Source: Octopus vulgaris (Eukaryota). From it: 64,000 nt of DNA. Under the pieces are notes generated by a model. That model worked only from the letters and a program-made list of their open reading frames with translations, did not search any database and was not told the DNA's origin. The position numbers and the translations under genes were made by a program. Positions 38,950 through 51,019 of the stretch are shown here, piece by piece. The stretch covers positions 119,536,001-119,600,000 of the forward strand of contig OX597815.1 in assembly GCA_951406725.2 (NCBI GenBank), written 5' to 3'. Position 1 is the stretch's first letter. Every line of letters starts with the position of its first letter.

Positions 38950-39345
38950 TCAGTTCTATTAGTGGTATTTCTGCCCAGGTCAACATTACCCTTCATCCTT
39001 TTGGGGTCAATAAATTAAGTACCAGTGAAATACTGGAGTCGATGTAATCGACTGGTCTCCTCTCCCAAAATATCAGGCCTTCTACTTATAACAGGAAGGA
39101 TTATTATTATTATTAAATAAGGCAGTGAGCTGGCAGAATCGTTAGCATGCCAAGTGAAATGCTTAACAGTATTTCGTCTGCCATTATGTTCTAAGTTCAA
39201 ATTCCGCTGAGGTAAACTTTGCCTTTCATACTTTTGGGGTCGATAAAATTAGCACCAGTAATCGATTTAATCCCTTCCAAAATTTGAGGCCTTGTGCTTC
39301 CAGTAGAAAAGATTATTATTATTATAATTATTATTATTATTATTA
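38950..39345 (+). mobile_element. Two tandem family B SINEs
   Basis: Second unit starts aaggcagtgagctggcagaatcg at 39119; both end in (ATT)n. Confidence 0.88.
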
Positions 39346-39356
39346 TATCGTATGAA

Positions 39357-39590
39357 GACACATGACCTGGTGGTTAGAGTGTTGCACTCACAATCATGAG
39401 ATTGTGGTTTCAATTCTTAGATTGGGTGATGCATTGTGTTCTTGAGCAAAACACTTCATCTCATGTTACTCAGCAATCACTTAGACACTTGATATGCACC
39501 CATTAAGGCAACATTGATTTGGATGGAGGGAGTGAGCTAATGCATGGCACATACATTTGATTACTATAAACAAAATCATTGTGCAGGTTG
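39357..39590 (+). mobile_element. Family D SINE
   Basis: tRNA-like head tggtggttagagtg...ggtttcaattc, then gtgttcttgagcaaaacacttcat. Confidence 0.7.
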
Positions 39591-40295
39591 ACGAGAGAGT
39601 CCATCATTTTTATTATTAAACCTACAAGGTCTGAATACAACTACCTCCCAAAACTGAAATGCAATATGCAAGCCAATGAAGGAGCCACTATATGGTTGTT
39701 GAACCTGCTAAAAAATAGCAGCCTGTCTTTCTCATGCCACAATATTACTTAAATACAATGGAAAGACACATTAGATACATAATCTGAGAATAAGACAAGA
39801 TAATCTGGAGTACCTATGACTGAAACTGACCTAGGGTTAAACAATAACAGCAGCAAGTAATAATGGGTAGTTTAAAAATTGGCAATGGTTTAAAACCAAT
39901 AGTTTATTGATAAATCAGAATTTCACTTTTAATTCACTCATGTTTTATTTAAGTAATTTTAAAGGATCAATTATTTCCTTATGGAATGGACTTGGAAGAA
40001 GAAAAAAATAAAGCAAATAAATTTAATCTAAAATATTGGAAACATAAATGGCTGCTGACAACAAATCAAAATCAGATCAACAAATTGAAAACAACTCACT
40101 GAAAAATAAATATTTTGGAAAAAGCCAGAGCAAAGTGTTGCATAATCTCAACAAACGATTGAGCAGAGCAGAAGCATTGATAATAATCAAAATAAAATTT
40201 TTTAAAAAAACATCTTTTTTTTTTTTTTGCCATTTTCATTAATTATACTTCAGCAAAGAAAATTCCTATAATTAACAAAAAAAAAAAAGATGATT

Positions 40296-40297
<2 letters not shown>

Positions 40298-40347
<50 letters not shown>

Positions 40348-40525
40348 TACATACATATATATATATAAACATACATACATATACATATAAATATACATAC
40401 ATATATATATATATATAAAAATATACATACATATATATATAAATATACATACATATATATATATATATATAACATATACATACATATATATATAAATATA
40501 CATACATATATATATATATATAAAT

Positions 40526-40574
<49 letters not shown>

Positions 40575-40688
40575 TACATACATATACATATATATAAATA
40601 TACATACATATATATATATATATATATACATACATATACATATATATAAATATACATATATACATACATACATATATATATACATACA
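40298..40688. repeat. Compound minisatellite, unit aaatatacatacata(ta)n
   Basis: About 10 units with variable TA length; it explains the three YIYI ORFs. Confidence 0.95.
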
Positions 40689-40989
40689 TGCTGGGGCACC
40701 ACGTCAAAGGGTTTTATTTAAACTGATTGACCCTGCTACTTGTTCTATCAGTCTTTTTTGCTGAACCACTAAGTCACAGGGACAAACCAACACCAGCTGT
40801 CAAGCAGTATGGAAAACAAACAAAAAGCACCACACACACACATTCTCTCTCTCTCCTATATGGTTACCCTAAGGTTACCATATACCTCCTCTACATCAGT
40901 TTCTGTCCCTGTCCTTCTCTAACCTCATCCCCTGGTAAAACACCACCTCCTTCAATACCACTCCTCTCAGTTGTGGGAGGTTTGTTTTG

Positions 40990-41145
40990 CAAGTTACTTG
41001 GTGGCTTTGCTGGTGTTGATGCCACATAAAAAGCACCCAATACACTCTGTAAAGTGGTTGGCATCCAGCTGTAAAAAACCATGCCAAAGCAGACAGTGAA
41101 GCCTGGCGCAGTTCTCTGGCTTACAAGCATGGAAGATGTAAATGA
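40990..41145 (+). mobile_element. RTE-type 3' tail fragment
   Basis: gccacataaaaagcaccc...gtggttggcatccagctgtaaaaaacc...gcatggaagatgtaaatg. Confidence 0.75.
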
Positions 41146-41216
41146 GATATATATATATATATATATATATGATTATAGTAGTATAAGGAGTAGAAAGACT
41201 GGTACAGTATTATATA

Positions 41217-41386
41217 TTTGAAAAAAATTAATAGAAATGGCTTTTCTGATAATTTTTCCACTTTAATAATTAGATGTTTATAAGCTTTTAGGTGTTTACA
41301 AAAGGTAAACACCTAAAAACTTATAAACACCTAATTATTAAAGTGGAAAAATTATCAGAAAAGCCATTTCTATTAATTTTTTCAAA
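41217..41386. repeat. Near-perfect palindrome, 82-83-bp arms, 5-nt loop
   Basis: 41217-41299 is the reverse complement of 41305-41386 apart from 2 substitutions and a 1-nt indel. Confidence 0.97.
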
Positions 41387-41606
41387 AAAACGCATGCATG
41401 CACGCACGCGTATACACACATGTTGAGTCATCCCATAAATAATGTGTTTTTTCAATTATATGAACTAAAAAGTTGGATGGGGACGGGATAAACTACCTAC
41501 ATCAACTTGCTATAAAAGCAGGTAGTAATTTTACCATGTTCTTATTCTCTGTGCAAGTTTTGAAGAGTGCAGTTTGAGATTAACAGTTATTTTTTTCAAA
41601 GCTATA

Positions 41607-42832
41607 ATGGAAGTGACAAAGTAGCAAATTCAGTATATTTTGCTTTATGAGCTCAATAAAGGCAGCAACACAACGGAAAGTGCAAGGAATATTAATGCAG
41701 TACATAGGGATCAGACAATAAGTGCAAGCCAGTGTCAACGGTGGTTGCAGAAATTCCAAGCCGGAAACTACAGCCTAGAAGATGAGCCTCGTCCTGGAAG
41801 ATCTGTAGAGCTTGACAAGGATGTCCTGCAAACCCTGGTAGAAGCTTGGATTTGGACATTCAACCACTGATACCTGCATGTCATCGGAAAAGTCAGGAAA
41901 TTGGGTCAATGAGTTCCTCACAAACTTTCCGAGTCTAATCGCGCAGAGTGAATGTGTGCTCTTCTTTGCTGTCGTGTCTCACAAATTAACCTTTTTAGGA
42001 CTGAATAGTGATTGGTGATGAGAAATGGGTTCATCATCATCGTTTAACGTCCGCTTTCCATGCTAGCATGGGTTGGACGATTTTGACTGAGGGCTGGTGA
42101 ACCAGATGGCTGCACCAGAGTTTCTACAGCTGGATGCCCTTCCTAATGCCAACCACTCCGAGTGTAGTGGGTGCTTTTTACGTGCCACCAGCATGAGGCC
42201 AGTCAGGCGGTACACGCAACGACCTCATTCAAATCTTTTTACACTTGCCACCAGCACAGTAAGGTGACGCTGGTAACGATCACGCTCGAATTCTCTATAA
42301 AAATGTCAAGTGCCAAAGACAGTGGGTAAGGAAAGGAGAAACAGGCTAAAGAAGATCTTCAGCCATGTAAGGTGTTGTTATTTGTTTGGTGAGATGTGAA
42401 AGGTTTAGTCCACTTTGAACTTTTAAACCCAGACCAAACAATAACAAAGGAGATCTACTGCGAGCAGGTTGAACAGCTTAAGACAGCTCTAGAAGAAAAT
42501 GACCATCTTTGGTTTCAAGATGAAAGGTGTTCTTCCAACATGATAATGCTCAGCCACATACAACAAAGATGACATTCCAAAGGCCAGAGCAGTTTGAATG
42601 AGAAACAATGCCCCACCCACCATATTCACCAGACACTGCATCATCTGATTATCATTTATTCTGCAATCTTCAAAATCATTTGGACAGAAAAAATATGAAT
42701 TCTGTAGACAAGGTCAGAACAGTACCGGAGGATTATTTTTTATCATGGACAAGTGAATTTTGGAAGGGGGGCAAGTCTACCAGAAGATGGAAGAGCATAG
42801 TAGAAAATGAAAAACAGTATATTTTAGATTAA
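41607..42832 (+). pseudogene. Mariner transposase pseudogene (SETMAR/Mos1-like)
   Basis: HTH region RWLQKFQAGNYSLEDEPRPGRS, *VPHKL, GDEKW, HDNA and HPPYSPDTASSDYHLF; several stops and frameshifts plus an insertion. Confidence 0.93.
42031..42290 (-). mobile_element. RTE 3'-tail insertion nested in the mariner
   Basis: catcatcatcgtttaacgtccgctttccatgctagcatggg...; it splits the GDEKWV|LYKN codons. Confidence 0.9.
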
Positions 42833-42919
42833 AAAAGAACTTTATCTTAATTTTGAAAAATAAAAGAAGTATAATAAAAACGCATTATTTATGGGATGAC
42901 CCAATATAAATACACACAC

Positions 42920-43092
42920 ACACGGGCTTCCACACAGTTTCCATGTACCAAATTCATTCTCTCACAAGGCAATGATCAGTCGAGGTTTACAGTAAAAGAC
43001 ACTTGCCTAAGGTGCTGTGCAGTAGGACCCAAAACTACAAGGCTGCCAAGAGAGCTCCTCAAGAAGACCCCCATGCCTGCCCCTATACCTGC
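42920..43092 (-). mobile_element. Family A SINE head
   Basis: acgggcttccacacagtttcc...gacacttgcctaaggtgctgtgcagt. Confidence 0.75.
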
Positions 43093-43415
43093 AGACTGAG
43101 AGATGAGAATAAAACCATACACTGCAGAGAAACAACACATTCTTTACAATGTTACGGTTTTGTGATGGTCATACTACTGATGGTACAAAATAGACATATT
43201 TTTGTAATTGTGTGACATATTTAACTTTGTCAAGGGTCCTACACCACCACTATGGAGACTTCCAACAAATGGAAACTTCATACGTAAAAGTAAATACATT
43301 GTTGTTTTATAGTTTGAGAAGAAATTTTAGTCCCAATTTTTATGCAATCATAGTTGAATAAAGTTTTATTATCCATTTATCTAAGTTGTAAGTGTATGTA
43401 TGTATGTATGTATGT

Positions 43416-43446
<31 letters not shown>

Positions 43447-44397
43447 GAACAGACACAGAATTAATATAGAAGCAAAATACAATCCAAATATGTTTTTTAA
43501 AACAATCACCAAAAGAATTTTTTTAAAGCTACTTTTTAAAATGTGCTGTTTACTGGCTATTATAAAATACTTAACTATTTAAGTTCTAACCTTTAAAAAG
43601 TGCTCCGTTTTGTATTTATTTTTTATTCCCCCCCCCCCCCATCTAACTGTGAAAAAATATATAAATAAACCGCTATAAATTGGCCTGGGAAAAATATATT
43701 ACTGTTCCATCTTTTGTTGATAATATCACTTTATAAACTAACCTGAGGAAAATGAGAGAGGGAAAGGGAAAGGGAGAAAAAAATAAAAACAAAAAAAAAG
43801 AGAGAGAGAGGGAGAGATTATGTATCAGGTTTTTCCATCAGAGTGTATAATAATTGTAAATTCTATTTGAGAAGCTTAAGATGAGCCAACGGAGAAGTTA
43901 TCAAGAAGCTATTTAGGCATATGGGATTACAGAGAAACCTTACAATTAAAACATTCTTATTTTTACTCAACATCATAGCTGAGATCAAGAGGGGTTTCTA
44001 GTTAAATGTATCTCTTAGAATTTGTCACCATTCTCATACGAAACTTGAGATTTTCTCATTTGTAAGCTGTGAACACTTAAATTTAAACTGAATTACAAGT
44101 CTATTTATACATTTATTTATTTATTTATAGCCTATTATTTATTTATTTATTGGTGGTATTTTTGAATTACACCTTTGTTTTTATTCCTGGGGGAAAGCTA
44201 AACTCATATTGTTTGCAAGATTTTCTTTTTGAATGAAATAAAAGTAATTGTTTTGAAACTTTAGAAAATTAAAAAAATTAGAACACAGATGACTACAGAA
44301 AAGTTATTTAGTGAGTCTGAGAAGATCAAAGAAAAAAAAAAAAAAAGAACAGAGGCAGGAAGGGAAGCTGAATATAGTAGAGAAGTAAAAGCAGAGA

Positions 44398-44625
44398 TTG
44401 ACCCTTTCGTTGCCATCCCGGCTGAAACCAGCTCTGGCTCTGAGTACGAATGTCTTGCTTCCATAAGTTTTGAATTAAAATCTTCCACCAAACCTTAGTC
44501 ACAATTTATGTTCCTAACACTAGCTTAATGATAACTTAGTTATTTTACTAAATTCTTTGTTATATTTGAAGTAATTGAAGAAAACACAGAGCATCTCAAA
44601 ATAAATACAGTAACGAAAGGGTTAA
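44398..44625 (+). mobile_element. TTAA-type MITE, family 1-related
   Basis: TIR ccctttcgtt / aacgaaaggg; flanks ttga and ttaa. Confidence 0.85.
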
Positions 44626-44756
44626 ACTGACTAGTATCCATTGTGGTCACTGTTACTTAATATTACACTTTTTAAATAGTGTATCTCCAGTTAGATACTC
44701 TGGGGGAAATGCCTGGTTAATCATCATCATTATTATTACTATTATTATTACTAATT

Positions 44757-44971
44757 AAGGTGGTAAGCTGGCAGAATGGTTAGCAAGCCAGGCAAAATGC
44801 TTAGCAGCATTTTGTTTATCTTCACATTCTTCTGTGTTTCAAGTCCACCAAGATTGACTTTGCCATTCATCTCTTTCAAGGTCAATAAAATACCAGTAGA
44901 ACACTAGGGTCAATGTAATCAATTTACTCCTTCTCTCAAAATTGCTGGTCATGTGCCAAAATTTGAAATCA
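44757..44971 (+). mobile_element. Family B SINE
   Basis: aaggtggtaagctggcagaatggttagc...gtgccaaaatttgaaatc. Confidence 0.85.
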
Positions 44972-45292
44972 TAAATAATAATAATCATAATAATAATAGT
45001 AATAATAATAATAATAATAGTAATGATGATGATGATAATAATAATAATAATAATGATGATGATAATAATAATGATGATGATAATAATAATGATGATGATA
45101 ATAATAATGATGATAATAATAATAATGATGATAATAATAATAATGATGATAATAATAATAATGATGATAATAATAATAATGATGATGATAATAATAATGA
45201 TAATAATGATGATGATAATAATAATGATGGTGATAATAATGATGATAATAATAATAATGATGATAATAATAATGATGATGAAGATGATAATG

Positions 45293-45324
<32 letters not shown>
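44972..45324. repeat. (AAT/GAT)n compound microsatellite with 15-nt higher-order unit
   Basis: aataataatgatgat periodicity; source of the poly-N/D, poly-I and poly-Y ORFs. Confidence 0.97.
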
Positions 45325-45326
<2 letters not shown>

Positions 45327-45590
45327 ATAACTGTAACAGATGTGCCTGTAATAATTGGTGCATCAGCAACTGTGAGTAATGATATAGACAAATGGTTGAA
45401 AGACATTGGAATGGAATGTCTTGTATAGCTTCTACAGAAAGTTTGCCTCTTAGGAATAGGCAAGATTATCAGAAGGGTTTTGAGCATTATTAAAAGATTG
45501 TGATATTCTAAGGTTACAGGTAGTAACCTGCTACCCACATAAAACCAGGAATAAAACCAATCTTGAGTCAAGTAGATTAATATCAACAAG
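45327..45590 (+). mobile_element. 3' end of an R4/Dong-type non-LTR retrotransposon (restriction-like endonuclease C-terminus)
   Basis: TDVPVIIGASATVSNDIDKWLKDIGMECLV*LLQKVCLLGIGKIIRRVL resembles VVPVVIGALGTV...LQK..LLGTA.I.R.VL. Confidence 0.8.
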
Positions 45591-45599
45591 AACAATGAT

Positions 45600-46232
45600 T
45601 TCAAAATTTGGTACCAGCAATTTTTTGTGACGATTGGAGATCCCCAGTGCTTTAAAACTGAAAGGATGAAAGGCTAAGTCACCCCTGGTGGCATTTGAAC
45701 TCAGTGTGTAAAGAGGGAAGAAAAGCTGTTACGCATTTTCTCCAGCACTATAACAATTCTGAAACCTTGCCACCTTCATAATAATGGATACAAATTTTGA
45801 CACAAGGCTAGCAATTTTAAGCAAGGAGATGGGGTAGAGAGAGAGATAAGTCGATTACATTGACTGCAGTGCTTAACTGGTACTTATTTTATTGACCCCC
45901 AAAGGGATGAAAGGCAAAGTCAACCTTGGAGGCATTTGAATTCAGAATGTAAAGAGTCAGAAAAATGCTGCTGGGTGTTTTGTCCAGCACAGTAGCAATT
46001 CTATCAATTTGCTGTCTTAATATTATGAATAATAATAATCCTTTTTACTAAAAGCACAAGGCCTGATATTTTGGAGGAGGAGGAGAAAGTCGATCATATC
46101 ACCCCAGTACTTGACTGGTACTTAATTTACAAACCCAGAAAGGTGAAGTCAACCACAGCGGCATTTGAACTCAGAACATAAAAAGCCAGAGAAAGTGCTG
46201 TTTTGTATGGTATGGTAACAATCCTGTCGGCT
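45600..46232 (-). mobile_element. Three tandem family B SINEs
   Basis: Repeated ggatgaaaggc/ggcatttgaactcag blocks separated by (TAA)n. Confidence 0.82.
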
Positions 46233-46316
46233 TGTCTTCCTGACACCTAGGGCAGAGAGACGTACTGTCTACCAATGTATACAGTACATTTCTCTGCCCT
46301 CAGTGTCAGGAAGACA
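46233..46316. repeat. 40-bp-arm inverted repeat with 4-nt loop
   Basis: tgtcttcctgacacctagggcagagagacgtactgtctac-caat-gtatacagtacatttctctgccctcagtgtcaggaagaca; 35 of 40 Watson-Crick pairs. Confidence 0.92.
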
Positions 46317-46649
46317 CTCGGCAAGAAATGGAAACAGAATTGAAAGATGATGATGATGATGATAATAATAAATCCTTAATGGAATAATATAATTTATTTC
46401 TGAAATCTTTCATTTTCAGCTAAAACTTTAATCTACTAAATGCCAAACTTCTAAAACATGTTCACTACAAAGAAAATATGTTATTTGCATTGGTTTTCAA
46501 AGTTATGGAAATACTTCAATAAGATTATAACGTAATGTGATTAATTACACAATAAAATACCTATACATGAACTCAATACAATGAATACCAGTGCCAGACT
46601 CACCCACCCAAAAAAGTACTATCGATGTACATTTTTCCGCCCTCTAGAA

Positions 46650-47088
46650 CAGAGGTTTTCAACAGGGGTCCATGTAAAATTTTGTTGTTAAAATTTATGT
46701 GCAATAAACTGGTTATATTTCTACAATACACAAAATATTTTTGTATAAATTTTATACAATTCCTAATAATCATCATTGTCAATGTTTAATGTCTGCTTTC
46801 CATGCTGGCATGGGTTGGACAGTTTGACATGGAGATGGTTAGCAAACTCCCCAGACTCATTGTCTGCTGTGGCATAGCGTCTACGGCTGGATGACCTTCC
46901 TAACGCCAACCACTTAACAGAGTGTGTTAGGTGTTTTTACATGCCACATATAATAATAATAATAATAATAATAATGATGATAATAAAATAATAGGAATTT
47001 TTAAACAACAACAACTGGTCATGAGGATCCATCTAAATAAAACAGGAATCAAAGGGGTCCATAGACAAAACATGGTTGAGAATCACAG
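46650..47088 (+). mobile_element. hAT/Charlie-type MITE with 8-bp TSD and a nested RTE-tail insert (~46770-46950, minus)
   Basis: TIR cagaggttttcaac / gttgagaatcacag; TSD ctctagaa / ctctagat (NTCTAGAN pattern). Confidence 0.85.
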
Positions 47089-47339
47089 CTCTAGATGAAT
47101 AATTTCTGATATCAGTTCATGAAAAAAACAACAAAAAGACTCAAATTATATGGTCGATGTGAACTAAATATATTCAGGTAATTGATTAATACATTTTCTG
47201 GGTATTCAGAAAAATGTTCTTACAACATTCCAAGTTTCATGTTTGACCAATGCCTAAAAACAGTCTTTTTCCTATTTTTTTTTAAGCAGGAGACCAAAAT
47301 TTAAGGCAGAAACAATTTCTCATTTCCTGCGTTTGTTTA

Positions 47340-47690
47340 ATGGTGTGTCTGTCTATCTACATGCATGTGTACACACATCAGGATATATATATAGTGTTTG
47401 TCCCCACCACTGCTTGGCAACTGTTGATCTGTTTACATCTGGGTAACTTAGTGGTTCAGCAAAAGAGAACTAACATAATGAATACCAGACTTTAAAATAT
47501 ATGTACTAGGGTCAAGTCATTTGACTAAGCCCCTCGAGGCAGAGCCCCAGCATGGCCACCGTCCAATGACTGAAACAAATAAAAGATAAAAGTTAAAGAA
47601 CATGCACAGGCATGACTGTGTGGTCAAGGCATTCACTTCACAACTACATAGTTTTGAGTTCAATCCTAATGTGCGACACTATGGGCAAAT
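47340..47690 (+). mobile_element. Family A SINE 3' half followed by a second SINE head
   Basis: gtttgtcccccaccac...ccagcatggcc..aatgactgaaac; gcacaggcatgactgtgtggtcaag. Confidence 0.8.
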
Positions 47691-48654
47691 TAGCTTAAGG
47701 TCATACTTTTTCACAGTATATCTGTGAAGGATATAAACATTAGTGAAAAACCCAATACTCTCTGAATAAATTTTACCAAGTCATAGACACTCCCAAGTTA
47801 AACTTGCAATGAGAAATGAAGTGAAACTGTACCAGGATTGTTAACAAAAAATATAAACCATGACGTTACTCTTCACAACTTATGTTATAAAATATATAAA
47901 AATAACATAAAACAAGGTGATTTATTTCCCATTACCAACAAAAGAAAACATGGATCCTGTTCATTGCAATTCTAAGAAACAATTAAGCTAGTCGTTATCT
48001 TGTGTTTTTCCACATATAGAAAAAGTGCTTTTGTTTATCATTATTATTATCATCTAAATATGGCAGTACTTAAATTATTTTGTACTTCATACTTTATATA
48101 TTTTCCCTCAGTTCAATTACATTTTTTAAACTTCATGTCAAACAGTTTTTACTTTCATTTTCACTTTCAACCATCCCCTTCCAATGTTGTACATTTATAT
48201 TTTATTTACTGTTCCTCCACACACACACACACACACGATGATTTCCATTTTTCCCCCTCTTCTTCAGTTTCTTTAAATAGATGTCAACACTTACTATCTA
48301 TATATTTCTCTATTTTTCTACAATAATTTTTTTAGCAGAATACAAAAAGAATTTTTTCCCTCTTTTGCTTTCAGGGTTTTTTTTAATGTTTTTTGTAATT
48401 TTTTTCCATATATCAAAGAGAAATTCAACTTGTCAAGACATCAAATAAATGTGTACCATAATATTGAGATCATACTCTAAGACAAAATAAACATGGCCAA
48501 GGCATGAAAACAAAACAAAAAAAAAATGCCTGTTCTATATTTTAGGGGAATTTCCTCCTCTACCTCACATCACCATCACCTCTTGAAATCCTTCCTTATT
48601 GGATGGTAGACTAGTGACTAAGTCATTCAATATAATGTTATACAGTTTTAACAT

Positions 48655-48830
48655 GTCTTTCACTTGTCTCAATCATTGGACTGTGGTCATGCTGGGATAC
48701 TGGCTTGAAGGGTGTAGTAGAAAAAAAAAAACCTACTCTAGTACTTATTTTATCTTTTTTGCTGAACCAAGTTGCAAGGATGTAAACAAACCAATACCAG
48801 TTATCAAGTGATAGCAGGGAGAACACACAC
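48655..48830 (-). mobile_element. Family A SINE 3' half
   Basis: tcattggactgtggtcatgctggg...gtaaacaaaccaataccagtt. Confidence 0.7.
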
Positions 48831-48924
48831 AGAGCTAAAATGAGCAAATTGATTACTGAAAATTTCTTTTAAACACACACACACACACACGCGTGCGCAC
48901 GCACACACACACACGCGCGCGCAC

Positions 48925-49203
48925 ACATCCATACAGGTCTCATCTGAATTCTATTAGACATCAAACCACAGCTGATCTAATGATGGAACCTTTATGTGTT
49001 GACCTGCTTAGAAATAACAACCAAATCTCCTTCAAATCACATTCTAGCTGTTCAAAAAGAGAGAAAAATAATATTAATATGAATAATGTAGTTCGAAACA
49101 TACTATGCTGGGATGAAACAAGAAATGATGGTCATAATGGAATGTCTTTGATTACAAGCTTGCTCAATGAGAGCTGACCTGAAGCTCAACCACCACCACC
49201 ACA
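48925..49203. mobile_element. Old interspersed repeat (family E)
   Basis: acctgcttagaaataacaaccaaatctcc core, also at ~39700 and reversed at ~3825 and ~21030. Confidence 0.55.
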
Positions 49204-50804
49204 AATATACATTTAATAGGAAGCTACACACTCACTGTGTGATAAATATACAACAAACTGGCTGGAAGTCAAATATAGATTGTAGGTAACTAGAAAGGAG
49301 TAAGCCGCAGATGAAGAAAGGCTCAACAAAAGAGAGAGAGAGAAAGAGTAACAAGGAGAAGGAGGAACAAAAACATGCAGTTAAAATAGAGAATATTGGA
49401 TAAAAGAAAGATTAATGTTAAAAGTGATTAAGAAAGTGATGGGGATGGTAGAAGAGATTAAAAAGTAATTAAGGTGAGAAAAGATACAAAGAACTACTGG
49501 AAATGTGAAATCTTCAAAGACCCAAACAAAAATAAATAATTAGAAATAAAAAGAAAAAGATCACTTGCTGGAATTAGATGACAATTCAAAGAAATGGATT
49601 CTTCCAAAATGGTGAGCTGGGCAGCACAGCTATAGCTAATTGGTCAGTCAATATAAGAAATATACTTGGAACAAAAACTGTAGCAAACATAAACTTCAGC
49701 TATAAGAGAAAAAGAGAAGGAATTCTTGGCAGTGAGCCAGCTCACAAGGAACCTGCCAGCCTTAGCTGTCTATTTTATCTATTATTATTATTGCTTCAGC
49801 TTACCTCCCTATCTCTGACATATATTCTACAATATTCTCTCATACAGCAGGTTGGTGTGCAAAGCACACAAATCATGTGTATCTCTGTTGCAATAGACAA
49901 TTTATCTTTCACCATATCTTTGGAAACCTTAGATATAGTGTTTCCCTAGCATAGGCACAAAAAAAGCACACATGCATACGCATGTACACACACTCCCTTA
50001 AACAGCAAAAATGGAGGTGAAATTCTCTCTCTCTCTCTGGACTGTAAGAAACTTATTGATCAAAATATGGAACCCAGCTTGTAGAAAACACCTAGCAGAC
50101 CTGGCCAGTATCCAAACTAAGCTCTTTACAAATAATAATAATGATGATAATAATAATAATGAAAATTTCTAAACAACAGTTTTAAAATAAATTTTAATCA
50201 AATTGGATGATTTTTAGGGAATTCAGTCTCTAAATATTTCATTTATTAAAAGAAAAAAAAAAAAAACCATAAAAGAAACAATTGTTTAGTAACAGCAATT
50301 TTATTTGTATATTTTTTTTTTCAATTACTGGGGATGAAACAGTAGATGATTTAATTAAGCCTAAAATTTGATACTGTTTTCAAAATAGAGGAGTCCAAAT
50401 TCTCAGTTCCACTTAAGGTGTAATCCTATTAGTACCAGATAAATGTTAATAAATGGTTTCATAACCTAATGCTTTCCCAGCAATACATCACTCTTATTAA
50501 TGATGTTTAAAATCATAAATAAACTAAATTAAAAAGAAGAAAAAAAGCAATTAATAAACCTTGTTAATATTTGATTATCCCAAGATCAAAATTTCATCTC
50601 GATACTTTTCCTCAGTCTTTTAAAAAGATTTCCACTATATTCCAAACTCATTACCAACAGAAACATGGTGGCAGATTTTCCATGTCCAGAATTCACAAGG
50701 AAGCATGGGACACCCTAACATGGCTGTATAAACCAATCCTTGATATTGCAGCATTTTTCTTCCTGCCTGCATGTAGTAGTTCTTTTTTTTTTCCTAATCT
50801 TTTA

Positions 50805-51019
50805 TTATTCAGATTACTCTGTCAAATGTAAAGCTTAATTATTCACATTATTTTTTAATTAATCACGCATTAACTTGTAGCTTTAGAATTTTGATGATAT
50901 GATTGTATATTCTTAGAATGATATTGTAGAGTAGGTATGAGAGGCCAGATCTAGCCAGTGAACATAAAACAGGTAGAATATTTAGGCTGGATATGGTTGG
51001 TTTAAAAGACAAAGGGTTA
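50805..51019 (+). mobile_element. MITE family 2 copy
   Basis: attcagattactctgtcaaatg...gaggccagatctagcc...aaagggttaa. Confidence 0.8.

Larger units (their letters stand above)
41423..42904 (+). mobile_element. Mariner (Tc1/mariner, DD34D) transposon, defective
   Basis: ~29-bp TIRs ttgagtcatcccataaataatgtgttttt / aaaaacgcattatttatgggatgacccaa; right TA intact, left flank TG. Confidence 0.95.

Noticed and set aside
40243-40707. Three overlapping 137-154 aa ORFs
   Set aside because: Translations of a TA-rich minisatellite
44839-45604. Long ORFs of 118-211 aa (poly-I, poly-N/D, poly-Y/H)
   Set aside because: Translations of the AAT/GAT microsatellite
46598-46650. Minus-strand exon ending at a gtgagt donor
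   Set aside because: No plausible acceptor; the upstream sequence is a hAT MITE
49578-49949. 123-aa ORF in non-repeat sequence
   Set aside because: No recognisable motif or supporting exon structure; such a length is expected by chance
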